64,000 nt of DNA from an uncultured Clostridiaceae bacterium (GTDB lineage Bacteria; Bacillota; Clostridia; TANB77; CAG-508), in contig CAOJVB010000003.1 of assembly GCA_948444845.1 (NCBI GenBank), positions 12,723 through 76,722 on the forward strand, read 5' to 3'. Below are positions 37,101-44,163 of this stretch, in pieces. The position numbers were made by a program, and so were the translations under genes. How positions within the stretch are numbered: the first letter of the stretch is position 1; each line of letters begins with the position of its first letter. The notes under the pieces were generated by a model. It searched no databases, had not been told where the DNA came from, and saw only the letters and a program-made list of their open reading frames with translations.

Positions 37101-38956
37101 ACAGAGAGAAAGGTTCAAAAGAATTAAAAGAATACGACGCTAATGTACACTATGAACTAAGAGATGATGAACAAGAAGTAGTATTAATGCCAGTAAATGA
37201 ATTAGCAGCAGGAATATATGATATTGTAATAAGCAAGGTAGATAAGACAAATAATACTGTAATAACTAATAACCCAGCAGAATTTAGCTTATATAGAATT
37301 GATAAATACGATACAGTAGCAGAAGATGGAGTAACACCAATAGTATCAGAGGTAAGAGTTCCAATAGTAGAAAATAAATTAACAAACAACTTAGGAATGC
37401 TAATAACTGAAGAAGTAAAAATGCCAACAGAACCAGGAACATATACATTTGAATTAGAGGAAATAACAGCTCCAAATGGATATGAAGGATTAACATCACC
37501 AGTTAGATATGAAATAACTGTAGAAGAAGATGCTATAGGAGATACAATGATTACAGATGTTAAATTATTAAATAATACAGATAAAGTAAAAATACTTTCA
37601 TTTAAGAAACAATTCCTATCATTATCTGTAGCAAATAATAATGGAATACCAGAAGGAAGCATATCAATAGATGTAGCAAAAGTAAATAAAGACAAAAATC
37701 CAATTTCAACAGATACAGCAGTATTCAAAGTGACAGATGAGAAAACTGGAAAAGTATTAAATTATATAGAAACAGCTAAAGGAAGTGGAACAGGATATGC
37801 ATATATTACTAAACCAACTACTGCAGGAGAGTATACATATATACTAAACGAAATAAAAGCACCAGAAGGATATGCATTAAATAGAAAAGACATAAAAGTA
37901 AAAGTAAAATATGAATACAACGATGAAGGCGGATTAGATATAACTAATGTAGAAGTAGACGGAGAAAATGTAATATATGAAATACCAGAAACAGGAGTAG
38001 AGGCAAATAGAGTATCATTAAGTGTTAAAAACGAGGTAGCAGAAGGTGGTAGTGGCAATGCAAATGATAAGCCATATACAGTAATAATAAACAAATTAGA
38101 TGTAGATACAAGAAATCATATTAAAGATCGTGCAACATTTGATGTAGCGTTAGTAAGTGGCGAAATAGTACATGCATCAACAAACGAAAGAGGCCAAATG
38201 ATAATAGAAAATGTACATATGCCAGCAACACCAGATCAATATGAATTACTAATAAAAGAAACAAAAGCACCAGAAGGCTATATATTAGACTCAGACATAA
38301 AAGTTGTAAAAGTAACATTTAGTGGAAATGCTCAAGACATGATAATATCAAACCTTGCATTAGGAGCAGGAAGTACTAATATAGAAATAGTAGAAGCAGA
38401 ATGTACAGAAGATAAAATAGTACTTAATGTAATGAACAAATCAACAAATTCAGACTACGACCCATTATATGTAGTATCAAGAAAGTACGAAAGCGGAGAA
38501 GACATATATGATGTACTAGAAGGATTCACAGGAGACGACTATAGTATTGACAAGCCATTTATAGATACAAAGGTTGCAAGATACATGAAAGACACAACAG
38601 TAGAACAATTTATAGGAAACTTAGAATCAAATGGAGTAATGACAGTACTAGATAAAAACGGAAATGAATTATCACCAACAGCAAGAGTAAAAACAGGAAT
38701 GACACTAAGAGCAGTAAAAGGAAATGAAGAATTAAGATTCACAATTATTATAAAAGGTGATAGTAGCAAAGACGGAAGATTAACAGCAACAGATTTACAC
38801 CAATTTGAGGACCATGTATCAGGTAAGAAACCAATAACAGATCCAATAAAACTAAGAGCAATTGACTTAGTAAAAAATTACGGAGACGGAAAAATAAGAG
38901 CAACAGACTTAAACGAATTCTACAAATTAATAAGCAAAGGTGAACTACCAGACTAA
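25130..38956 (+). CDS. giant surface adhesin (~4600 aa): N-terminal TM anchor, VWA domain, more than twenty SpaA/Cna-B-type (prealbumin-like) beta-sandwich modules, C-terminal dockerin
   Basis: One uninterrupted frame. Preferred start is ATG 25130 (MSKEKIRK) after AAAAGGAGAG. The track start at 25061 is a TTG that coincides with the -35 box. Repeated ..TD.NG...L..G.Y...E..AP.GY.. modules run throughout. Confidence 0.9.
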   Translation: MSKEKIRKAVSNNQNRILAMLVMIISILLIVGITVNANKNDDYAVEIKDNGEQNIATNEDYDSDNPKNYDSSITKKIVADTPKSLTYEVQVKNLAPNIVPELAIVIDSSRSMGINDIDNKVKEKVIQLVTELRTNSPKTKISISTNTGVKVGLSTQTVDQYTTAINGISFSDGESVGKGIDYATSTLSAGDRGKYLVIFSDATDSLKEKLEDLTVNRHLEIFSILTDITNNEYETSTLMGTNQMISDVQDFSNLYYKTNTSMVDVKLTDIFTSEVNEYFEFTEVFKDTNVEIEKTSNGYILKCNEIKAGETKTYKYTLTLKDDAKIDAGKIYRELNTSDNLTIEYKDRDEQSHTYNMETTPTFVICKKYSLTIKAVSEKSNDLPLENLDVKVVGTTVTGQDENGNDIVKTVFDETLTTDSKGRILIDNLKTLGDITFEIKPIVNRFGYQETSATQVIVHNDPTGVGTIWAESDIRTPDVDVVNRNITVLLPISVETYDMEIETVDLTNNNIKLGNAEYRLIQPKLNSKYEMEALYGTSGPDGKLVFKPAVMTKDGSYQYILTQMNKVPDYDPMGNATIIVTFENGKVTKIAHQYNENVETELISNTQTKVIVGNASLQDDTFNLEINLSDELTGEKLFGGIYDILVERTTPAGDPVSSLLSGYMTDNDGKINIETPGTGYIRLKIVETSPKAGYVADPTEKELTFFRDGGTVQYITAKNPPTMDAIADSDNNKIIINFKSKVANEQNRIQVRLMDEQVHTDNIPGVTLSLNKVGSSDIIYATTNRDGIANFIIPNEDIGSYQYEIGLFSAVPKGYLTPATTQLGVITVTYDGTRYMVDAGAVSTNVPTMNVSYNQSTETGFIYHTARVDLSLDVDPAYAYQLKINLLDGSTMRGLAGGKYSILMESDGVEVKYLSGKLTDSNGDYTTRIVGGGQSIVITITETATLPGYILNTTTQVIELELTDAGYVVANSSPNIYDPSAGSYIGVTTSPSGKEFVYHDINNSKTGANTILNLHVNKMDLNDFLVAGVRVKLSSPTLLRADGTTLDSMYDVLDDNGTVIGRRDYYVTDQNGYFEELAIKVKGDELTNGERIDYLYMNELDADGNIIPNTDITFKLTFRQNKNTYVVEVTNVEATWGNRLVKGKTYSSRETDVAYESDVYLDIYTNFDDVGNFSIDLKKLDKDGKKLSGAKYDIVVMRPDSTTLVRRDINVTDSVELDGILVSEGTKIEITEKQAPIGYNINEYTEVITITKVDSITGLVECRLEPSSYTPSRATISATQPIVSSDGRYKLCITLDMIDYESDTFKLGITAKDSTTGNGIKDYRFKAETSQGAQKNLAPTDSNGKTSNLLGANYKIDNFEVIYTIDTLRVADYYKRLVNPIELKVIFDLNGNVKTAETDAANIGQPGYGTIWSIVGTNTIGGNDIDLDIKIDPCDPLVVNIQTTDTITGNQLTNIAYQIVPSVNLPATGNTQITVGYVLPGGAQTYTIKQTNAASIGNYKAVPEQRIKVTYDIDGNVTAVDELTNEVHEVSINGKQITIKIDIEPEVPFTMKNVAYFHNDVNIGNAKFEISVDDDNTKQLLTTSLGEDVKYTGKFETDTSKIYTVKQISAGTGYAKIKDFQIEVFFDADRNITKAEIVGNKDVGNVNEFVEFVEVSVTRPSTAADRGYNGNDKGIVNITVKSYPQVEFKIKNVDRRDDTINLQGTVYKVESTIDTRDESIVTGSDGIGTAKLDKSGYSTHVKYTITEMQPAARYQTLAIPAVIDVEFNERGYIVNTTIEKRDDVVTVVRPEVFDPEDNFKLDIKIKSNPELKVNITKVDEEDNTILIPNVSFEVTARILKDNLAEFSTEDQDKLTLNTSTLTEENYLAQVLDRLKIDREDVESLRKSIGVKNVIEELKNSNNLTAAEEDEINSQLNDNLRINKIVSLGKRTKTQINQKIAEVTNRTIIDKLIEEDKTSNDAVNDLLNKVKNQIRLDVDNIVTNANGLGVAYMDKTLANKTIEYTLKETRKVAGYDWLDEVVILEITYDENGKMVADNPVRVVSGAIDITNVNQQGFEISATVKNKPSKEIQIHLSVEDVYDSNKKLEVAKFDAYLVSTEADDRLTFSPDNDFRVALETGSVTSGTGLTTAHGEDTESMGVYDRGAGSRLLRLVQKQTPSAYYLGNDKFDSVYQSIQYALLVNVSFDDEGRITGTSLHSPGKDSIYIGYIADGRYIQVSNTRNTINITIKYYPMLQVQMQTVDMYTKQSLAANYTIDTRLWGTSWQPDSIVSAGYINPLFTTWWDGVHTYGYDHYGRTYSAGYTTSASLASLEQAPRVAIAPTDADRFPENKNPNKDRKERTLYVYENAEPNSPVQYQTYLPRHVTRSAQYLIATLKVKYDDIGQVKDVEVIQEYSSTNITSGFTKIVKATVNQYTIGITIEYAPITTINATVIDEVSGAGLSGIRVNPYLGGTSVTNTSYEYRTTLYYTTNSNGRTGWTYWGASQPDSLNRYILDTYTVGSGYEGYFDPGNIILDVAYDDNGRVSSVTPKSTDAFGDVNAINISWVNNNIQVTIRYSRKFNVKLNKVDYYDSNKKLNAVFNITSSNGVETSMAANTTTTLGKVYPGKLVQYTLSETTVPAGYIPVENMDILVQFNNNGTIRAATSLSDYYQFVRCAPLDSGTNSLKKTDLEANIKNKPRFDVTVQLSDKFYPTLKLAGGTFTMESSKGEIASGGVQTDSNGILETYVGTVYPNEEVTYTIKQTNVIPGYYQNNTVVKFKVHFNANGKLDNYSLIDGSDVATINPTAHIGTQKVKVNITNKPKDVRLGIYKKDQLDGSPLSDIKFKLTTMEDGKKDIVKDVVTNANGTVIDVVDEFKELAGSNRVVTYKISEIEAAPTYRKIQDIVIKVTYKPDGSMYLYDVVSNPSNVGIEMATNGQIKYLDNTPIHIKLTIPNDNAYDLIIKNEDKNLPGLGIEGTVYDVIIDGIVQSPITTNANGIAKIANQTQTGEITIDIAERTIGEGYRADNNNYTTIKVEKGVDEYTLVYTDHTNQTYATVDVNEEYGTITVTFKNETKLELTMQKNDINTGAVLQGAVFEIKEEELDNTGNVITGTEKIITGDTTNTTDADGLLYFDLGLSKRNATVRYTFTETTPPAGYDQIFPITMTVEFDNYGNIISMTDDSFRARETLASNTGKSHHMIVTIGNGTVNEQYSVKIVKEDSQSGRRINNALFEVEVIEENTGATNRSAKGYTKDLTSTLAGETVIFERGAYQVNGITAEGNVKINFREIEPAVGYVVGQNPVSGTVTINAQFDVVESSQEKEVTLTEVNNGGFDVVVDTVNREVTIKVKNDPDVTFEITKIDGDTKVPMQNVKFHITSAVVTNGTPGPITLDKDMQLTDERGFISESVGYAYANKTVIYTLTEEKVEAYDKLDDIVLEVQYDTNGNIINCNVLSSPDDITIKPNAEKTIRKQIIKETGTPGNVSIQYSDIKIPTGIGTRILQMEINNHRTIIPKDYRIQIGKYHEDTTYPYLIPGAKYEITVTQQYGKKETTWTDITDENGVITSPYFSGFGEIEVQIKEVSAPDGYKLDGITKTTRFIRYETSQRMVVISSDSGCTFNDDFTMVNLKAVDEVIGGLYDIVINKVDVRSGALIPDNPAKIKVEMEEKYETITQEIDEETGEVVENVEISTVRVPVVEDVTDENGRLIVSKLKAPAKAGEYKYILSEIQAPVGYNGIAESEVEILVTFEENEDQEMIITNVVVANAEDVRAAKTSNKVMSIIVYNGGDNYDDVTLNDDEFAIDLRKVDSELYQITTTTAEFKLTNLETMDETQIITDELGRAEVVKLKMPKEPGRYKYKLEELRAPKGYKITEEPMYLLLEFLEDEEGKLYLNSVGTEGKNLVHANKAVGNTLPNRIIKLQAINEDRPYTLIIEKHHEADPYYPQFIADVQFEIKVTPEFGEKLETTQTTNAEGIITIENLEGYGRIKVEIKELAAPNKYKQDFSVKHLEFYREKGSKELKEYDANVHYELRDDEQEVVLMPVNELAAGIYDIVISKVDKTNNTVITNNPAEFSLYRIDKYDTVAEDGVTPIVSEVRVPIVENKLTNNLGMLITEEVKMPTEPGTYTFELEEITAPNGYEGLTSPVRYEITVEEDAIGDTMITDVKLLNNTDKVKILSFKKQFLSLSVANNNGIPEGSISIDVAKVNKDKNPISTDTAVFKVTDEKTGKVLNYIETAKGSGTGYAYITKPTTAGEYTYILNEIKAPEGYALNRKDIKVKVKYEYNDEGGLDITNVEVDGENVIYEIPETGVEANRVSLSVKNEVAEGGSGNANDKPYTVIINKLDVDTRNHIKDRATFDVALVSGEIVHASTNERGQMIIENVHMPATPDQYELLIKETKAPEGYILDSDIKVVKVTFSGNAQDMIISNLALGAGSTNIEIVEAECTEDKIVLNVMNKSTNSDYDPLYVVSRKYESGEDIYDVLEGFTGDDYSIDKPFIDTKVARYMKDTTVEQFIGNLESNGVMTVLDKNGNELSPTARVKTGMTLRAVKGNEELRFTIIIKGDSSKDGRLTATDLHQFEDHVSGKKPITDPIKLRAIDLVKNYGDGKIRATDLNEFYKLISKGELPD
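25448..25462 (+). other. MIDAS motif (D-x-S-x-S) of the VWA domain
   Basis: LAIVIDSSRSMG, followed about 100 aa later by LVIFSDATD, fits a von Willebrand A fold near the N-terminus of the giant protein. Confidence 0.65.
38756..38953 (+). other. type I dockerin-like module (two EF-hand-like repeats)
   Basis: GDSSKDGRLTATDLHQFEDHV ... NYGDGKIRATDLNEFYKLI. Two D-x-D/N-G-x-I/L-x-A-x-D-L segments sit at the extreme C-terminus. Confidence 0.7.
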
Positions 38957-38974
38957 AAATAAATAAGTACACAA

Positions 38975-39002
38975 AAAACAGGCAAAATTGCCTGTTTTTT
39001 TA
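38975..39002 (+). terminator. intrinsic terminator after the giant adhesin gene
   Basis: AAAAAACAGGCA-aaat-TGCCTGTTTTTTT. Confidence 0.85.
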
Positions 39003-39166
39003 TATACTAGGAAAGTACGCTATTTTAAGTTAAATGTGTAGGGGAGTAGCCTTGTGTCTGCCCGTGTGGCAAAGCCACTTTTGCTCTATACTAGCAAAGT
39101 ACCATATTTCAAGTTAAAATTGTAAGGGCGACTACTAGCTCATCCATGTGCCCAGGGCCATTTCAT
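39003..39166 (+). repeat. T-element array (two head-to-tail units, 84-nt period)
   Basis: TATACTAG occurs at 39003-39010 and again at 39087-39094. Both units contain AAGTTAAA(A)T(T)GTAGGGG/AAGGGCG .. GCCAC/GGCCA-TTT. Confidence 0.85.
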
Positions 39167-39244
39167 AAAAAAATAAAAAATATGTATTGAAAAAAAAATA
39201 AAAATAGTATAATATATTATAAGTAAAAATAAAAAAAGATAGGA

Positions 39245-40240
39245 GTGTTCAAAATAAGTAATATAAAAAATACAATAATACATTTAAGAAAATGTATAAA
39301 AGCAGTAATAATAGTAGCAATTTCAACATTTTTAATAACAGGAATAGTCTTAACATGCTATAAACCAATATATAGTGTAACACTAAATGGAGAGATGATA
39401 GGTTATAGCCAAAACAAAAATGAATTACAACAAAAAATAAACGCATACATAGAAAAGGGAAACGGTGGTAATGTAGCATTTGTGGATATAAAAGAACTTC
39501 CACAATATAAGCTTTGCCTATTAAAAAAACATATTACAGCAAATGATGATGAAATATTTGAAAAAGTAATTTCTGGTGGAACACAATACTATAAATACTA
39601 TGGAATAACTGTAGATAGCGAAGAAAAGCTATATGTAGCTAGCTTCGAAGAAGCAGAAGAAGTAATAAATAAACTAAAAGAAAAAAATAGTAACAATAAA
39701 GACAAATTAGGAGTTAAAGAAAAATATAACACTGAGCTCGTAGAATTTACAACAGTGGAACAAAGCATTGATAAGCTATATGTAAAAAAAGTGGTACAAA
39801 AGCCAGTATCAAATGTAACAATAGCATCAACAGGAGTAAATACCTCAAATAAAGTAGTAAATTTAGGAATATCCTTAATAAGACCAGTATCAGGAGTGTT
39901 AACATCAAGGTTTGGTGCAAGGTGGGGAAGAAGTCACAAAGGAATAGACATAGGCGCACCAAAAGGAACAACAATAGTAGCAGCCGCCTCAGGAACAGTA
40001 ACTTTTTCACAATATGGTTATGGTGGAGGATATGGAAACCATATAATAATATCACATGGAAATGGAGTACAAACTTTATATGGTCACTGCACAAGCTTAC
40101 TAGTAAATAAAGGAACATATGTAACACAAGGTCAACCAATAGCAACAGTAGGCAATACAGGAAATTCACAAGGAAACCACCTACATTTAGAAATAAGGGT
40201 AAATGGTGTAGCACAAAACCCACAAAATTATTTATATTAA
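39245..40240 (+). CDS. M23 family peptidoglycan metalloendopeptidase with N-terminal TM anchor
   Basis: LytM core HKGIDIGAPKGTTIVAAASGTV..GGGYGNHIIISHGNGVQTLYGHC..GNTGNSQGNHLHLEIRVNG. The GTG start at 39245 overlaps TAGGAG, so the exact start is uncertain. There is no in-frame ATG before the TM segment. Confidence 0.8.
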   Translation: MFKISNIKNTIIHLRKCIKAVIIVAISTFLITGIVLTCYKPIYSVTLNGEMIGYSQNKNELQQKINAYIEKGNGGNVAFVDIKELPQYKLCLLKKHITANDDEIFEKVISGGTQYYKYYGITVDSEEKLYVASFEEAEEVINKLKEKNSNNKDKLGVKEKYNTELVEFTTVEQSIDKLYVKKVVQKPVSNVTIASTGVNTSNKVVNLGISLIRPVSGVLTSRFGARWGRSHKGIDIGAPKGTTIVAAASGTVTFSQYGYGGGYGNHIIISHGNGVQTLYGHCTSLLVNKGTYVTQGQPIATVGNTGNSQGNHLHLEIRVNGVAQNPQNYLY

Positions 40241-40279
40241 TAAAAATAAGTAGTATAAAATCAATGTATAAATATTAAT

Positions 40280-40336
40280 ACAAAAATAGAGTATATTTTA
40301 CTGTATAGTAATTTAATATACTCTATTTTTGTATAT
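40280..40336 (+). terminator. long hairpin terminator after the M23 peptidase gene
   Basis: ACAAAAATAGAGTATATT (40280-40297) is the exact reverse complement of AATATACTCTATTTTTGT (40315-40332). The loop is 17 nt. Confidence 0.7.
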
Positions 40337-40996
40337 AATTGTAATAAAATTAAAGATAAGGGCACAAAACATGAAATAGTAGTAATGGAAGATATACATG
40401 AAAATGGTAGTATAATAGTAATACATTTATCAGTTCTAAATGAGCACTAATAAAAAATAACAGTATAAAATACAAATTGATATACAAATAGAATTTATAG
40501 TATTAGTAAAAAAGTATTTAAAATAATATAAAGAATAAATGAGTTATCAATTTATAAAGGTGATATGATTAAAATAAAAGTATATACTCTTTTTTCTAAA
40601 TTAAAAATACAAGAAGAGTAAAATTACCAAATAGTATCTTAACAGTAAAAACATGAATATGAATGGTCAATTTAAAATAACGCCCCAAAATATGCAAAGT
40701 AGAAATAGAACCTGATGTAAAATTTCTTAATACTACTAAAAATTCACTTTTATATAGGGAACGTAAAGTTCTAGGCTTTAAACATGTAAGTTACTATTTT
40801 ACATATATAATAATTACAAAAATGTCATAAAAAAATATATTTTTTTCATATAAATTTCAAAAAACTATTTCTGTAAACAAATTACCACATATTTTAGTAA
40901 TATATGTAAAAGCTGGAAAACATTGATATTGAAATAAAAGTAGAAATAGAGTAAATTATAATTAGTATAATAGATTTTTAATAGGGGGAAATTTAA

Positions 40997-43900
40997 ATGA
41001 ATAAAGTTATAAAAAAGATAATTACACTACAATTAGTCATAATAACAATAATAGTAATTGTAATTTCTAATAAACAAATTATAGAAAAATCTAATATAGC
41101 AAAAAATTAAATGAAGGAGTCAAACAATCAACAACAGAAAAAACATTTACAGAAGAGGATTTTCCATATAATATTAAATTTAAAGATATAGCAGCCACAA
41201 GCGATGTATCAATTGCATTAGATGAAGAAGGATACTTATGGACTTGGGGATCGGCAAACTCATGACATGAGAAAGGAAAAACAGTATTATCAGCATTAGC
41301 AGATCCTTCTGTGAGTGGAACAAGGGTATATCCTAAAAAAATTAGTAAAAAAAGTTTAGCAAAATATATTCAGGTCATGATACTGCTTTTGCAATAGACG
41401 AAGAAGGGTACTTATATGGATGGGGAAATAACAATACGTATCAAATAGGAGATGGAACATTTAAAAGTAAGTCTGTATTAACGGAAATTAAGCCCAATTT
41501 ATATTTTTCAAGTATTGATACATCAAGAAATATTACAGCAGCAATAGATGAGAATGGTGAAATTTGGATTTGGGGTAGGTTGTCGTGTGATGATGATAAA
41601 GCAGATAGGTATAGTCATTGTAGCAATTTGAAAGAATACCAATACGAAGTTCCAACAAAAATATCAGATGCAACTAAAGCTAAATTTGTTGATGTGGCAG
41701 TAACAAATTCAGTATGTGCTGCTATTGATGAAGAAGGCAATATTTGGACATATGGATATAATGGAGTACATGAATATAGTGCAGGAAGTCAAACTTTTTA
41801 TAATAGAGGAATGTTAGGAAACAATAACAAGACTAAACCAGAGACATTAGTTCAATTAACTAAAATAACAAAAGATGTAGTGTATAAAGAAATAGAGGCA
41901 GGAGAGTATCATATAATTGCAAAAGATGAAGATAATCATTTGTGGGCTTGGGGATGTAACAGAGAAGGGCAATTAGGAATTGGAAATACAACTCAATATA
42001 ATGTACCAACATTAATTACTAATAAAAGAGCATTTAAAGAAATTGATATTAATGAAAATTTATGTATAGCAATAGATATCAATGGAGATGTATATACATG
42101 GGGGGAAAACGAAAAGTACCAATTAGGAGATGGAACTAGGAGTGATAAGACAAGCATTAGTAAAATAGAGTTAGATAAAAAATATAAAAAATGTGCAATT
42201 TCTGGAACACATTCTTTAATATTAGCAGAAGATGGAACATTATATGGAGTAGGTAATGGACCAGCTATAGGTAGAAATGATGAAAGTGTAACATATATAC
42301 AGATAACAGACCCAAACTCTAGTTATAATGTTACTTTTATGGATGGAGGAAATACAATAGATACACAAACAGTACAAGAAGGACAAGCAGCAACAGCACC
42401 AGTATTAACAAAACAAGGATACTCTCTAAGTTGGGATAAGGATTTTTCTAATATAACAAGTGACTTAATAGTAAATGCAATATGGACACCAGATGTATAT
42501 AATGTAACACTAAACACAAATGTAGGAGGAGTAACAGGAGCGCAAATAGCAGAAGGAAAAGAAATAACAAGCTATACATATGGAATAGGAGCAAACCTAC
42601 CAACATTAACAGAAGTAAGCAAAGCGTTTTATGTATTTAGAGGATGGTATGAAAACGAAAACTGTGAAGGAACAGCAGTAACAAGAATAACAGAAACAGA
42701 CACAGGAGCAAAGACATACTATGCAAAATGGTTAGTAGATACAGATGGAGATGGAATACCAGACATAGAAGATGACGACACACAAGTGCCATATAAAATA
42801 GAACACTATAAACAAAAACTAGATAAAACAGGATATGACCTAGCAGAAACACAAACAACAATAGTAGTAACAAACGAGGAAACAGAAGCTCAAGAAACAA
42901 AAACATTAACAGGAAACTTAGGCCATGAAGTAACAGCAGTAGCAAAGAACTACACAGGATTTAGAGAAAACCAAACAGCACAAGGAAGAGTAGCAAGTGG
43001 AATAGTAGTAATAGATGGAAGTTTAACATTAAAATTATACTATGATAGAAATAGTTATAAACTACCATTAGATGTAAATGGTACGAAAGAAGAAATAGAC
43101 TATGTGTATGGAGAAGAAGTGATATTACCAATTGATAAACAAAAGCCAGGATATACATTTGAAGGGTGGTATGACAATGAAGACTTAACAGGAGAACCAA
43201 TACAAAAAGTAGACACAAGTAAAATAGACCCAGAAAATCCACTAACACACTACATAAAATGGACAGCAAATACAAACACACTATACAAAGTAGAATATTA
43301 CATACGTACACTAGATAATGAAGTAGTAGGATACAAATTATATGAAACAGAAACCTTAAATGGAACAACAGATACATTGGCAACAGCAATAGTAAAAACA
43401 TATGTAGGTTGCACAGAAAATATAACAATAGTAGATAGGGTGCCAAGTGGAAACATAAATGCAGACGGAAGTTTAGTACTAAAATTATATTATGATAGAA
43501 ATATATATAAAATAAATTACGAACTGAATGGAGGAACAACAAATAATCCTTTAGATAATACTTATACCTATGGAGAAGAAATGATCCTTTCTAATAGAGT
43601 ACAAAAGGAAGGACACACATTTGCAGGATGGTATGAAAATGAAGAATGTACAGGAGAGGCTATTACGAAAATACAAAATACACAAACAGGAGATAAAACA
43701 TACTATGCAAAATGGATAAAGCAACAAGAAATACCATTTACAATAAGTTCACAAGAATATGAAATATCAAATTTAGAAAAGTACATATCTAAAGTAAAAC
43801 CAGAAACTACAGTACAAACATTTATGAATAATATATCTACAAATGGAACTATGAGAGTAGTAAACTCAAAAGGAGAAGAGATACAAAATGAACAACCAGT

Positions 43901-44153
43901 AGGAACAGGTTACAAACTAAAAGTAGAATATAAAGGAACAGAATATGAATATGAAGTAGCCGTAAGAGGAGATATAGATGGAAATGGAAAAATAACCGCA
44001 ACAGACCTATCAACTCTAAACCAAGCTGTAATCAAAAAAATAACATTAACAGGAATAAGGCAAAAAGCAGCAGATATAGATTATAATGGACAAATAACAG
44101 CAACAGATTTATCAACATTAAACCAAGCTGTAATCAAAAAAATAACATTATAA
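40997..44153 (+). pseudogene. decayed surface protein gene: signal/TM - RCC1-like repeats - InlB-B-repeat (Flg_new)/MucBP-like modules - dockerin
   Basis: ATG 40997 after GGGGGA gives MNKVIKKIITLQLVIITIIVIVI.. There is a frame change at A6 (41101-41106), an in-frame TGA at 41263-41265, and a second frame change at A7 (41347-41353). The remaining long frame runs to 44153 with W-G-x-N..GQLG-type RCC1 blades, F.GWYENE.C.G......YYAKW repeats and a double dockerin. Confidence 0.75.
43968..44150 (+). other. type I dockerin-like module
   Basis: GDIDGNGKITATDLSTLNQAVIKKITL and ADIDYNGQITATDLSTLNQAVIKKITL. The two halves share a 30-nt identical DNA stretch. Confidence 0.75.
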
Positions 44154-44163
44154 ACGATAAATT

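Noticed and set aside
39003-39166. Possible CRISPR array or tandem satellite, suggested by head-to-tail 84-nt repeat units here and at 24563-24830, 46120-46312 and 48388-48535.
   Set aside because: There are only two or three units per locus. The units are imperfect and contiguous, with no unique spacers of regular length, and no cas genes are present. They are better explained as a dispersed intergenic repeat family.
41263-41265. In-frame TGA in the RCC1 gene as recoding (selenocysteine, or TGA=Trp/Gly in an alternative genetic code).
   Set aside because: minC terminates at a TGA (51960-51962) at the expected protein end, so TGA functions as a stop here. There is no SECIS-like hairpin immediately downstream, and the same gene also has two frameshifts.
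41347-41353. Programmed -1 ribosomal frameshift at the A7 tract (AAAAAAAG resembles the dnaX A-AAA-AAG slippery site).
   Set aside because: There is no upstream SD-like stimulator or downstream stable hairpin at the right spacing. The gene has an additional frameshift and a nonsense codon, so decay or sequencing error is the simpler reading.
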